A stretch of 64,000 bases of DNA from Candidatus Hydrogenedentota bacterium (GTDB taxonomy: Bacteria > Hydrogenedentota > Hydrogenedentia > Hydrogenedentales > SLHB01): contig CAXXTH010000013.1 in NCBI GenBank assembly GCA_963668025.2, positions 1 to 64,000 on the forward strand. Reading direction: 5' to 3'. Shown here piece by piece: positions 49,357 through 58,153 of the stretch (the stretch's first letter is position 1; each line of letters begins with the position of its first letter). The notes under the pieces were generated by a model. That model was not told the DNA's origin. It saw nothing but the letters and a program-made list of their open reading frames with translations, and did not search any database. The translations under genes were made by a program, and so were the position numbers.

Positions 49357-49417
49357 GCGTCTCGCCCATGAAGTGATGGTTATAGCCTTCACTTCATGGG
49401 CGAGACGCCCATGCTAC
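49357..49417. repeat. GTAG-type REP doublet / hairpin between convergent genes
   Basis: 20-bp stem GCGTCTCGCCCATGAAGTGA / TCACTTCATGGGCGAGACGC. The reverse complement of 49395-49417 is GTAGCATGGGCGTCTCGCCCATG. Confidence 0.75.
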
Positions 49418-49418
49418 C

Positions 49419-50117
49419 TTACGGCGCGGTATAGATCATCCAGAGGCCGCCGAGGAGGACGAGTGCGCCGCATACCTTTTTAAGGATGACCGCGCCGTGG
49501 GCGTGTTCGTTCCAGTCGAGGTAGCGCTGCACCGCCCCCGTGAATGTGCCCGCGAACACGATGACGGAGCAGTGTCCCGCGCCGTAGGCGAGCAGCAATA
49601 GCACGCCATAACTGAGATTGGTGGCGGCGAGTTTGAACGCGACGCCGAGCATGGGGGCCATGTAGGCGAAGGTGCATGGCCCGAGCGCGATGCCGAACAC
49701 CAAGCCCAGGATGAGCGCCGCGAGCGCTCCTTTTCGTTTCATGCCCACGCTGCCGGGGCCTGTCCACGGCGCGGGGAGCACGTCCAGTAGGTGCAAGCCC
49801 ACGAGGAAGAAGATGATGGCGACAAAGTAGTTGCCGTAGCGGCCCACGTCGCCCATCATCCGGCCCGCGCCTGCGGTGGCGGCCCCGATCAGCCCGATGG
49901 TGATGAGGATGCCAAAGGCGAAGAGGAAGGAGATGTAGAAGGCGCGGCGCGTGCTGATGCGGCCCTGCTCGTCGATGAAGCCGATGATGAGCGGGATGCT
50001 GGCGAGGTGGCACGGGCTAAGCAGGATGCTCAGCACGCCCCAAATAAACGACGCCGCCAAGGCGGCGAAGGCGCTGCCTTCGACGGCATGGGTTAAGGAG
50101 GTGAACAGTTCTTGCAT
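49419..50117 (-). CDS. ccdA: Cytochrome c biogenesis CcdA / DsbD transmembrane domain protein
   Basis: LSPCHLASIP and LGPCTFAYMAP Cys-Pro motifs in a multi-TM protein. Confidence 0.88.
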   Translation of the reverse strand: MQELFTSLTHAVEGSAFAALAASFIWGVLSILLSPCHLASIPLIIGFIDEQGRISTRRAFYISFLFAFGILITIGLIGAATAGAGRMMGDVGRYGNYFVAIIFFLVGLHLLDVLPAPWTGPGSVGMKRKGALAALILGLVFGIALGPCTFAYMAPMLGVAFKLAATNLSYGVLLLLAYGAGHCSVIVFAGTFTGAVQRYLDWNEHAHGAVILKKVCGALVLLGGLWMIYTAP

Positions 50118-50148
50118 GCCCGATAGCTCCTGTTGCGCTGCTTGCCGT

Positions 50149-50661
50149 TTAGCTGCCCAGTGGCGGGGCCGCGCTGGCCAAGTCCACGCCGAAGCCCTTC
50201 CATTTGGCCAGAATATCTTCCTTCGAGAAGAATCCTTGATGGCGGAACAATTCTTTACCACTCGAATCATAGAAGATTTGCGTGGGGATCACTTCGACGC
50301 CGTATTCTTTTCCCGCATCGGGATTCTTCCATACATCGATAAACTGCACATCGAGCTTTCCGGCATACTCTTTTTTCAATTCATCGAGAATGGGGGCCAT
50401 CATTTTGCAGGGGATGCATTTATCCGCGCCGAGGTCCACCAAGCGGGGAAGGGCGGGCGGGGTTTCGACGGGCGCGGCTTCGGGAGCGCCAGGCGCGGGC
50501 GTTTGCGGTGCGCTCGCTACTGCTAGATTCTCGGGCGCGTTTTTGGAGCCTGGCGTGTTTTTCATGTAGAGCGCTCCCGCCACGGCGGCGGCGAGAACCA
50601 CTACGATGGCGATCTTTATGCCCCATTTGGAGCCGGTGCCTGATTGCGTTGGGCTAGACAT
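50149..50661 (-). CDS. Exported thioredoxin-family protein
   Basis: N-terminal TM anchor, DLGADKCIPCKMM, cis-Pro IPTQ. Confidence 0.9.
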   Translation of the reverse strand: MSSPTQSGTGSKWGIKIAIVVVLAAAVAGALYMKNTPGSKNAPENLAVASAPQTPAPGAPEAAPVETPPALPRLVDLGADKCIPCKMMAPILDELKKEYAGKLDVQFIDVWKNPDAGKEYGVEVIPTQIFYDSSGKELFRHQGFFSKEDILAKWKGFGVDLASAAPPLGS

Positions 50662-50698
50662 GGGATGTTCTCCTCTTCGTGCTTTTCCAGTTGGTTTG

Positions 50699-51088
50699 CT
50701 ACTCGCATGCCGCTTGTTTCGCTAAGGCCTCGGCCCCTGCGCTTGCCGCTTTGGTGATGTTCTCCTCCGTCACGGGCGTCTTGCCTTTTTGCATGCCCAA
50801 GTCTTGCAGGCGCACATGGGCGAAGCCCGTGAAGCCGCCCTTTTCCAAGATGGTGCGGGAACAATCGTGGTCGCAGCCGTCGAGCACCAATATCTGGGAA
50901 GCGGCTTGGGTCTTTTCCATAATTTTCGGCACATTCGCGGCGACGGCGGCGGCGCAGGACATGAACGCGGTCTTGTCTCTATTGAGCTGGCGTGCGGCTT
51001 GGTCCGCGATAGCGCCTACATCCGATGCGCCTGAACACGCAAAACACAAATTGAATTCTAAACGCCCGCAATTGCATGATTCCGACAT
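50699..51088 (-). CDS. DGC-domain putative zinc-binding protein
   Basis: FACSGASDVG..AD.AAR, MSC, LDGC...C. Confidence 0.88.
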   Translation of the reverse strand: MSESCNCGRLEFNLCFACSGASDVGAIADQAARQLNRDKTAFMSCAAAVAANVPKIMEKTQAASQILVLDGCDHDCSRTILEKGGFTGFAHVRLQDLGMQKGKTPVTEENITKAASAGAEALAKQAACE

Positions 51089-51104
51089 GGTTCTCTCCCT
51101 TTCG

Positions 51105-51338
51105 TTATTGCAGCATCTTTTTGATTTCATCAACGGAGGGCACTTTGCCCGACACTTTGACTTCGCCGTCCACGGCCAGCGCCGGGGTGACCATCACGCC
51201 GAAATCCAAGATGGCTCCGATGTCTTTGATCTTTTCCATTTCATACTCGATGCCCAATTCCTTTGCGGCGGCCTCCGCCGACTCCGCTAGTTTCTGGCAC
51301 TTGGGGCATCCGGTTCCTAGAATTTGTATTTTCTTCAT
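51105..51338 (-). CDS. Small redox-active disulfide protein (MTH895/ArsE-like thioredoxin)
   Basis: IQILGTGCPKC, GVMVTPALAVDG.VK..G.VP. Confidence 0.92.
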   Translation of the reverse strand: MKKIQILGTGCPKCQKLAESAEAAAKELGIEYEMEKIKDIGAILDFGVMVTPALAVDGEVKVSGKVPSVDEIKKMLQ

Positions 51339-51358
51339 AACTGGCTACTCCTTTTTCA

Positions 51359-52669
51359 TTATCCCACAGCATATCCGAATATCATCCCGCTGATCGTCGC
51401 CATGATGATCACAAGAGAGACATATACGACGGTCTTTTTCGTACCGAGAACACCACGGAGGACCAGCATGCTCGGCAGGCTCAGTGCGGGACCTGCCAGT
51501 AGTAGGGCGAGCGCGGGGCCTTGGCCCATGCCGTTTCCGATGAGGCCCTGTAGAATGGGCACTTCCGTGAGTGTGGCGAAATACATGAACGCCCCCGCCA
51601 CCGATGCGAACAGGTTGGCCCCGAGCGAGTTTCCGCCCACCATTGACGCCACCCATGAAGAAGGAATTAAACCTTCCTCACCGGGCCGGCCGAGCAGGAA
51701 GCCCGCCATCAGCACGCCCAGGAGCAGCAGAGGCATGATTTGCTTGGCGAAGGTCCAGGAGGCGGAAAACCAGGAACGCATTTCTTCGTTTTCCGTATTC
51801 GTCAGGATGGAAAGGCCCAGCATGCCAATGGCAAACGAAATGATGGGCTCATGAGGCCTTGCGAGGATCGCCGCCGTGACCGTTATGGCCACGATGAGCA
51901 TTTTCCACCACCGCACCTGGAACCATGCCACGAGCATCACCCCGAGCGACGAGGCCGCCACGGCGGTAAAGGCCCATTTCCAGGCGTAGAAGAAATGCCA
52001 GACGCCTTCTTGGGCTTCCGGTTTTCCCCAGTTGGCGAATATGAGCACGGCCACCATGGAGGCGAAGTATAGGACATTGTGCATCAATGGCCGTTGCGTT
52101 TCGGCTTCCGGCAGCACGGCGGCGGCCTTGGCTTTCGCTTGTTCTTCTTTGCGGAAAATCAGGTGCATGAGAAGGCCAATGACCACGCTGAATGCAATAG
52201 CCCCTACGGCGCGGGCGATGCCTAACTGAAGGCCCAATACGCGGGCGGTCAATATAATGGCGAGGACGTTAATAGCCGGGCCTGAGTAGAGGAACGCCGT
52301 GGCGGGGCCGAGTCCCGCGCCCATTCGGTAGATGCCCGCGAATAAGGGCAGGACCGTGCAGGAGCATACAGCCAGTATGGTGCCCGAAGCGGACGCCACG
52401 CCGTATGCCAGCACTTTCGGCGCATTGGCTCCGAGGTATTTCATCACGGAGGCTTGATTAATAAAGACGGAAATAGCGCCTGCGATGAAGAACGCGGGAA
52501 CCAGGCAGAGCAGCACGTGCTCACGGGCATACCATTTGGCGAGATGCAGCGACTCCATTACCGCGTTATCGAAACGGGGCCACCCGAGGGGGAGGTAGAA
52601 AAACAACACAAACGCGGCTGTGATCCAAGCCAGCGGCTTCCATTCTTTTCGCCAATCCATAAAAAACAT
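51359..52669 (-). CDS. ArsP-like (DUF318) permease
   Basis: LAVCSCTVLPLF, FLYSGPAIN, MYFATLTEVPI, LLLAGPALSLP. Confidence 0.9.
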   Translation of the reverse strand: MFFMDWRKEWKPLAWITAAFVLFFYLPLGWPRFDNAVMESLHLAKWYAREHVLLCLVPAFFIAGAISVFINQASVMKYLGANAPKVLAYGVASASGTILAVCSCTVLPLFAGIYRMGAGLGPATAFLYSGPAINVLAIILTARVLGLQLGIARAVGAIAFSVVIGLLMHLIFRKEEQAKAKAAAVLPEAETQRPLMHNVLYFASMVAVLIFANWGKPEAQEGVWHFFYAWKWAFTAVAASSLGVMLVAWFQVRWWKMLIVAITVTAAILARPHEPIISFAIGMLGLSILTNTENEEMRSWFSASWTFAKQIMPLLLLGVLMAGFLLGRPGEEGLIPSSWVASMVGGNSLGANLFASVAGAFMYFATLTEVPILQGLIGNGMGQGPALALLLAGPALSLPSMLVLRGVLGTKKTVVYVSLVIIMATISGMIFGYAVG

Positions 52670-52721
52670 GCCCTTAATTTGTTAATTTAGCCAAACAAGC
52701 AAATAGTAGGTTCGAAAAAAC

Positions 52722-53051
52722 TCAGTCCTTTTGCAGAAGCGCCATTTGATCCTTTGCATTGGCCTCCAACACGGTTTCAATGCAGCCGAAGAGTTTAACC
52801 ACACAAGGAATGCGCAAGGTGTAGAAGACTTGCAGGCCTCGTTTATCGTCTTGCACAATGCCCGCCGCCTTGAGGACGCTGAGGTGGCGGGAGACTGTTG
52901 ACATGTCCATACCCACCAATTGGGCCAGCTCGCATACGCAGCGCGGGCCTTTGGCGAGCTCTTCGACCATGCATAGCCGTGCGGGATGGCCAAGGGCTTT
53001 ATAGATTTGCGCTCTAGCTGCGCACCGGGCATGTGTTTTTACATCCATCAA
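52722..53051 (-). CDS. ArsR/SmtB family transcriptional regulator
   Basis: KALGHPARL, CVCEL, STVSRHL..LK.AG.V, C-terminal PC......C. Confidence 0.93.
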   Translation of the reverse strand: MMDVKTHARCAARAQIYKALGHPARLCMVEELAKGPRCVCELAQLVGMDMSTVSRHLSVLKAAGIVQDDKRGLQVFYTLRIPCVVKLFGCIETVLEANAKDQMALLQKD

Positions 53052-53070
53052 ACACCTCTCGTGAATTGCT

Positions 53071-53106
53071 ATTTTGCATTTTATACAAATACTTTGTGTT
53101 TGTCAA
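53071..53106 (-). promoter_or_regulatory. arsR promoter with an overlapping operator-like box
   Basis: Minus strand TTGACA(53106-53101)-N17-TAAAAT(53083-53078). The box at 53071-53092 resembles the one at 52685-52706. Confidence 0.65.
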
Positions 53107-53402
53107 CTCTTCGGATTGTCTTAGTTGCGAGTTCCTGAAGTATCGTTGAATGCATATTAAGTATTGTGGCTGAAAGATCTAGAATGATTAGTAAAATATG
53201 TTTTATGCAAATATATTTTTTTATATTTATATTTATGTGATACTAAAGCTGCCGGCCTCTCTATCTGTTTCTAGCATTTGTTAGGCCTGTTTTTCCAGTC
53301 TTGTTATGACCCCATCCCATATGAAGGCCATGATGTTATGCCGTTTCATTATTTGACCTTCGAAAATCTCTAACTCCTTATATTTCTATAGTTTAAAACC
53401 TC

Positions 53403-53430
53403 TTGACTTTCACATAGGCAATGGTATAAT
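53403..53430 (+). promoter_or_regulatory. Sigma70 promoter
   Basis: TTGACT-N16-TATAAT with a TG extension, followed by AGGAGG RBS before 53462. Confidence 0.7.
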
Positions 53431-53461
53431 ATTGCTTCATCAAAATTAGCAAGGAGGCCAT

Positions 53462-54526
53462 ATGCTGGCGGCTTTACGAAAGTATGATAAGCAGTTGGTT
53501 GAACTCTCCACGAAGATGGGTGGAGTTTTAGTGTCCCCTAATCTGCAGGGGAGGATCTTTTGCCATATATCGCATGAGCTGATACAACGCTTGGACCATG
53601 CGTTGCTTAAGCGGCCGGATATGAATGCCTACAACAATTTAGGCGGCAATACTCTTTGGCCTGCCCCGGAAGGGGGTTCATATGCGTTCAATTACCTTCC
53701 TGGTAGCGAGGAATGGCTGGTGCAGCCAGGTATCGGGCAAACGAATCCAGAAGTGATTTCCCAGAGTGAAGATATGGTGCGAATCGCCAAATCGGTGTCT
53801 CTTAAAAATCGTAAAGGCCTGTCCATATCTCTTGACATATCTCGTGCTGTCCGCTCTCTTGATATTGATGCTGATATTGAAGGATTTGATGTAACTGGGA
53901 TCGCCTATGAATCGGAAGACCGTTTTGAGCCGAAGGGGCAGTATTCGCCGGATGATGTGATTATCGCACCGTGGTCACTCGAGCAATTTCCGAGTGTGGA
54001 CCGGACTATCGCATTTGCCCAAGTCGAGGCTCCACGCGAAGCTCTTAGTACGGATTTCTATGAGGATCCCGGGCAGAGGATTTTTTTCGCGGAGCAATTG
54101 ATGGTCTATATACTGGGGGGGGAATCCCGCCAGCAGATAGGGATCAAGGCGAGGAATAATCCTACGTTAATAGGCGCATTGGATCGAAGGCGCTCAATGC
54201 TTATTTTGCGCAGCACGCCAGTGCGTTCAGGAACTTATTTTAATATAGCGGATAATGCCCAAGAAAATGGGCCGTATTCGGATTCCTCCTGTTATAGCAT
54301 TTTCAACGGGGGGGAGCTTGGTTTCTATGAATTAGAGACTATCGCTCCTCTTTGCGCGGAAAATGGAACTCTTTCTCCCAATTCGCTTCATTCTCAAACG
54401 TTTATCCTAAAAGGCCGTTTGAAAGAATTGCAGCGGTTCTTACTCGAGCAAAAAGGTATTGACCTGAACCAAACAGTTTATCCTAGCAACGCAGATGAAT
54501 TTGAATTAGCGTTAAAACGGAGCTGA
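53462..54526 (+). CDS. Conserved hypothetical protein (DUF6786-like)
   Basis: P.LQGRI, NLGG..LWPAPEGG, FYELET motifs. Confidence 0.7.
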   Translation: MLAALRKYDKQLVELSTKMGGVLVSPNLQGRIFCHISHELIQRLDHALLKRPDMNAYNNLGGNTLWPAPEGGSYAFNYLPGSEEWLVQPGIGQTNPEVISQSEDMVRIAKSVSLKNRKGLSISLDISRAVRSLDIDADIEGFDVTGIAYESEDRFEPKGQYSPDDVIIAPWSLEQFPSVDRTIAFAQVEAPREALSTDFYEDPGQRIFFAEQLMVYILGGESRQQIGIKARNNPTLIGALDRRRSMLILRSTPVRSGTYFNIADNAQENGPYSDSSCYSIFNGGELGFYELETIAPLCAENGTLSPNSLHSQTFILKGRLKELQRFLLEQKGIDLNQTVYPSNADEFELALKRS

Positions 54527-54704
54527 CTAAGTGGCTTAGTACGCCCATGCGGCGTTAAGGAACGTTGATTTTATTTGCAAGGTAGAACTGTGACATACAG
54601 GATACGCCGAGCCATTCGAGTACTGCGGTTTTCATGCGGCTGAATGTATGCCGCATGTGAGGAGTAGGGTCAGTTAAGCAACATTTAAAAAGGGAGGATG
54701 CGTC

Positions 54705-56138
54705 ATGAAGAGTAAATGGCAGTTATCTGTTGCAGGAACTATCGCATTATGCGCGTTCCTAATATTAGCGTCTTCAGCGGGAGCGGATTGGAAAGGCGTC
54801 ATTGCATCAGGAGACTGGGATGATGCAAGCACATGGTCGGAGGGTAATATGCCCAACCCAGCCGGTGGGGATGTGATCGGACTCAATTTAGGCGACTTTA
54901 GCTCCTATATTACCAGTTCCTATATTGTAACGGGCGCTTATGGCCCAGGGTTTGTCGGTGCTAACAGTTCCTTAATCATCAAGAACGGCGGTTCGCTAAC
55001 ATGTGATGGCACTTCGGGCTGGATTATGGGCAACGGCCCGGATAATGTGGGTAAGCTCATCATTGAGGCAGGCGGCGCTTTTCATCAGACAGGCGGTTAT
55101 GCCATGTTCTGCTCCCGTCCCTGGGAAGATTTTGCAGGAACTGGCATAATCATTGTGAAGTCGGGGGGAACGTTCACCATTAATGAAGGCACTATGCTGT
55201 ATTTGGGCTTATCAGATACAGAAGGCGCAAGCGACTACCAGCATGGTGTTTTCCAAGTGGTAGGCGGCGGCGCTACCATTACGGTGCCCCAATTCCGCGC
55301 CCACCAGCATGCGGAAGTGATCGCCAGTCCGACTGCCAATGGCACTGCAGGGCTTAGCACGATTCAATGTGGCTGGTTCGTTCACCGGACAGGAGATGCC
55401 TCAGCGGACACGAAGACGACTCTGACGGTTGCACCGAATTATGTGGTGAGCAATGGCGATTCTTGGAATATCGCCCATGCCTCTGGCGGAATTGTCAATC
55501 AGTTCGCCACCATTCAAACCATCCCTTCTGATATGACGGTGACGGTAGACCAAACGGCGACGGATATCACGGCTACGGTTACTGGCGTACCGGCTGCTCC
55601 CACCGCACCGAGCGGCGTGACAGCATTTGCGGGTTCAACAACCTCTATTGATGTAGCCTGGACCGATAATAGCGAAGAGTATGCGTTCAAGGTGGAACGA
55701 AAAGAAGGCGCTGGCGATTTTGCCCAAGTAGCCCTCCTGGATGCGGATGTGGTTACGTTTGCGGATTCAGGTTTGACGGTGGACACCGACTATACCTATC
55801 GCGTGACTGCTTTAGGCGCGGGTGGCCAGGCTGTTTCGGGTGAAGCGAATGCTTCGACACCTCCCGATGTAGCAGGAATGGCGCAAGCGGATGCTGAAAC
55901 CGCTATTACTGGTGCGGGCTTCACCGTGGGCGAAGTCTCAAGCGAAAACAGTGATACGGCGCCGGCGGGAACGGTTATTTCGATGTCGCTAGTTCCAGGA
56001 ACGACGACAGTTGATCTGGTCGTTTCACTTGGGCCTGCGGTCCAGCCTGATCTGCCGGTGATGGGTCTCGCGGGGCTTCTGCTGTTACTGAGCGGCGTCT
56101 CGGTGCTTGCCGCACGTAAATTGAGCAAGAATTCCTAA
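54705..56138 (+). CDS. Surface-anchored protein with a beta-rich N-terminus, FN3 and PASTA domains and an LPVMG-TM-K tail
   Basis: Signal peptide; FN3 PTAPSGVTA..WTDNS..YTYRVTA; PASTA PDVAG..QADAE.AI..AG..VG...S......G.VIS; C-terminal TM ending RKLSKNS. Confidence 0.82.
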   Translation: MKSKWQLSVAGTIALCAFLILASSAGADWKGVIASGDWDDASTWSEGNMPNPAGGDVIGLNLGDFSSYITSSYIVTGAYGPGFVGANSSLIIKNGGSLTCDGTSGWIMGNGPDNVGKLIIEAGGAFHQTGGYAMFCSRPWEDFAGTGIIIVKSGGTFTINEGTMLYLGLSDTEGASDYQHGVFQVVGGGATITVPQFRAHQHAEVIASPTANGTAGLSTIQCGWFVHRTGDASADTKTTLTVAPNYVVSNGDSWNIAHASGGIVNQFATIQTIPSDMTVTVDQTATDITATVTGVPAAPTAPSGVTAFAGSTTSIDVAWTDNSEEYAFKVERKEGAGDFAQVALLDADVVTFADSGLTVDTDYTYRVTALGAGGQAVSGEANASTPPDVAGMAQADAETAITGAGFTVGEVSSENSDTAPAGTVISMSLVPGTTTVDLVVSLGPAVQPDLPVMGLAGLLLLLSGVSVLAARKLSKNS

Positions 56139-56153
56139 AAAAGCATCTTGTTT

Positions 56154-56205
56154 AGGGCGCACGAGCCTGCTTATCGGCTTCGATTCGTGCGGTGTCGTGC
56201 GCCCT
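56154..56205 (+). terminator. Hairpin after the surface-protein gene
   Basis: AGGGCGCACGA...TCGTGCGCCCT stem followed by a pyrimidine-rich tract. Confidence 0.5.
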
Positions 56206-56287
56206 TACCTTCCTTTGTCTTCTCAAAATGCCCTCATTTCTCTGTTTTTTCACATTGGCTAAAGTGTGTTGATGGGAGAGTATCCCG

Positions 56288-58153
56288 GTGCAGCTTCATA
56301 TCATAGACTGGATTTTAGTGGCAGGATACTGCATCGCGACATTTTGGATAGGCCTTTATTATTCAAAACGCGCCAGCCAAAATATCAATGAATTTTTTGT
56401 TGCCGGAAATAATTTATCTTGGTGGATCGCGGGTACCTCCATGGTGGCCACCACATTTGCGGTAGACACTCCTCTAGTCGTTTCTGGGCTGGTGCGCAAG
56501 GGCGGCATCTACGAAGTATGGTATATGTGGAGCCTGGCCATGGGCGGCGTGCTCACGGTATTCTTCTTTGCACGCCTATGGCGGCGGGCGGGAATCATCA
56601 CGGATGCGGAGTTTGTCGAACTGCGGTATTCCGGCAAAGCGGCGGCGGCGCTACGCGCTTTTCAAGCTGTATTCAATGGCATTATTGTGAATTGTATTGT
56701 GATCGGATGGGTCATGCTGGCCATGGTCAAGATCACGGGCGTGCTGTTTGATCTCGACTGGCTTACAGCGAAGGCTATTGCCGCAACAGGCATCGAGCTA
56801 GATTGGGGAAAGATTATTACCGTTGCGGCATGTTCAATATTTGTCTTGATTTACACGATTTCCTCAGGTTTTTGGGGAGTGGTAATGACCGATTTCCTCC
56901 AATTTATCGTTGCAATGGCCGGAGCCATTTCTTTGGCGGCAGTTGTGCTTTGGCAGATGGGAGGCCCTGCTGGGATGGTGGAGCAGGTCGCAGCGTCGCC
57001 TGGTTTTTCTCCCAAAGTGATGGCGTTTGTCCCCACGCTCCAATCCGCGGGGAAGCTTGCCTTTATTACTTTTGTGGTGCAGCTTAGTGTGCAATGGCTG
57101 GGCGCTGGCCCGGGGGCAGGATATATCGTCCAGCGGATGGTGGCGACGAAAAACGAGAAGCATGCGGTATTGTCGGCTCTTTGGTTCAATATAGCCAACA
57201 ACGCGATTCGGCCATGGCCATGGATCATAGTTGGCTTGGCTTCTCTGGTTTATTTCCCAATAAACGTCGAGTCCGACGCTGAGATGGCCTATCCGCGGAT
57301 GATGATGACGCTTCTTCCTACGGGCCTGAAAGGGCTTATGCTGGCTTCTATGCTTGCAGCTTTCATGAGCACCATTGATACCCAATTGAATTGGGGAGCT
57401 TCTTATCTAGTCAGCGATATATACCGGCGATTTATGAAGAAAAATGCTTCTGATAAACATTATGTAAATGTATCCCGCCTTGCGATGTGTCTGTTATTAG
57501 CCCTTGGCGGCATAGCGGCATGGCAATCCCAAACTATCTCCGCGGTCTGGAAGTATTTAATGACCCTTATGTCAGGCGGCGCAATGGTGGCTTTGCTGCG
57601 CTGGTACTGGTGGCGCGTGAATCCTTGGTCGGAGATCAGCGCATTGGTTGCTTCCCTAATCTTCGCGAATGCCAACATCTTTTGCCGGCTTCTTGCTGTA
57701 ACGGGAATTCTTCCCACTTCGGCAATGTCGCGTATCGAATGGTTCTATTCAGAAGAGTTATACGCGGTCCGACTCTTTTTCATCATCGTTCTTTGTACAA
57801 TAGTATGGGTTGTAGTGACTTATCTTACCGCGCCAGTATCGGACGCCCATCTAGAGCGGTTTTACCGGAAAGTGCGTCCTGGCGGATGGTGGAACCATAT
57901 TGCAAAACGGTGTAGTGATGTTGAAGCGGATTCCGTGGCTCGTGAATGGATTGGCTGGGTTGTGGGAGTGATATCCATTTATGCCAGCGTGTTTGGCCTT
58001 GGTTATCTATGTTTAGCCAGGCCTTTCATGGGAATTGGTGTTCTTATTATCGCTGCTATTACCGGATGGATGACCGTAGTGTACGCTTCCCATGGCGCTT
58101 TCGCGAATTGGACGGATGAAGGAGCAAGAAAAAATGAAAGTGAGGGTTCATAG
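56288..58153 (+). CDS. Sodium:solute symporter (SSS) family protein
   Basis: FFVAG..L.WW.AG.SMVATTF, ELRYSG, V.TD.LQF, QRM, AAFMST.DT.LN. Confidence 0.93.
   Translation: MQLHIIDWILVAGYCIATFWIGLYYSKRASQNINEFFVAGNNLSWWIAGTSMVATTFAVDTPLVVSGLVRKGGIYEVWYMWSLAMGGVLTVFFFARLWRRAGIITDAEFVELRYSGKAAAALRAFQAVFNGIIVNCIVIGWVMLAMVKITGVLFDLDWLTAKAIAATGIELDWGKIITVAACSIFVLIYTISSGFWGVVMTDFLQFIVAMAGAISLAAVVLWQMGGPAGMVEQVAASPGFSPKVMAFVPTLQSAGKLAFITFVVQLSVQWLGAGPGAGYIVQRMVATKNEKHAVLSALWFNIANNAIRPWPWIIVGLASLVYFPINVESDAEMAYPRMMMTLLPTGLKGLMLASMLAAFMSTIDTQLNWGASYLVSDIYRRFMKKNASDKHYVNVSRLAMCLLLALGGIAAWQSQTISAVWKYLMTLMSGGAMVALLRWYWWRVNPWSEISALVASLIFANANIFCRLLAVTGILPTSAMSRIEWFYSEELYAVRLFFIIVLCTIVWVVVTYLTAPVSDAHLERFYRKVRPGGWWNHIAKRCSDVEADSVAREWIGWVVGVISIYASVFGLGYLCLARPFMGIGVLIIAAITGWMTVVYASHGAFANWTDEGARKNESEGS

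Noticed and set aside
54530-54700. Riboswitch in the leader of the FN3/PASTA gene
   Set aside because: Only a simple CATGCGGC/GCCGCATG hairpin is visible, with no known aptamer consensus. An Rfam search would settle it.
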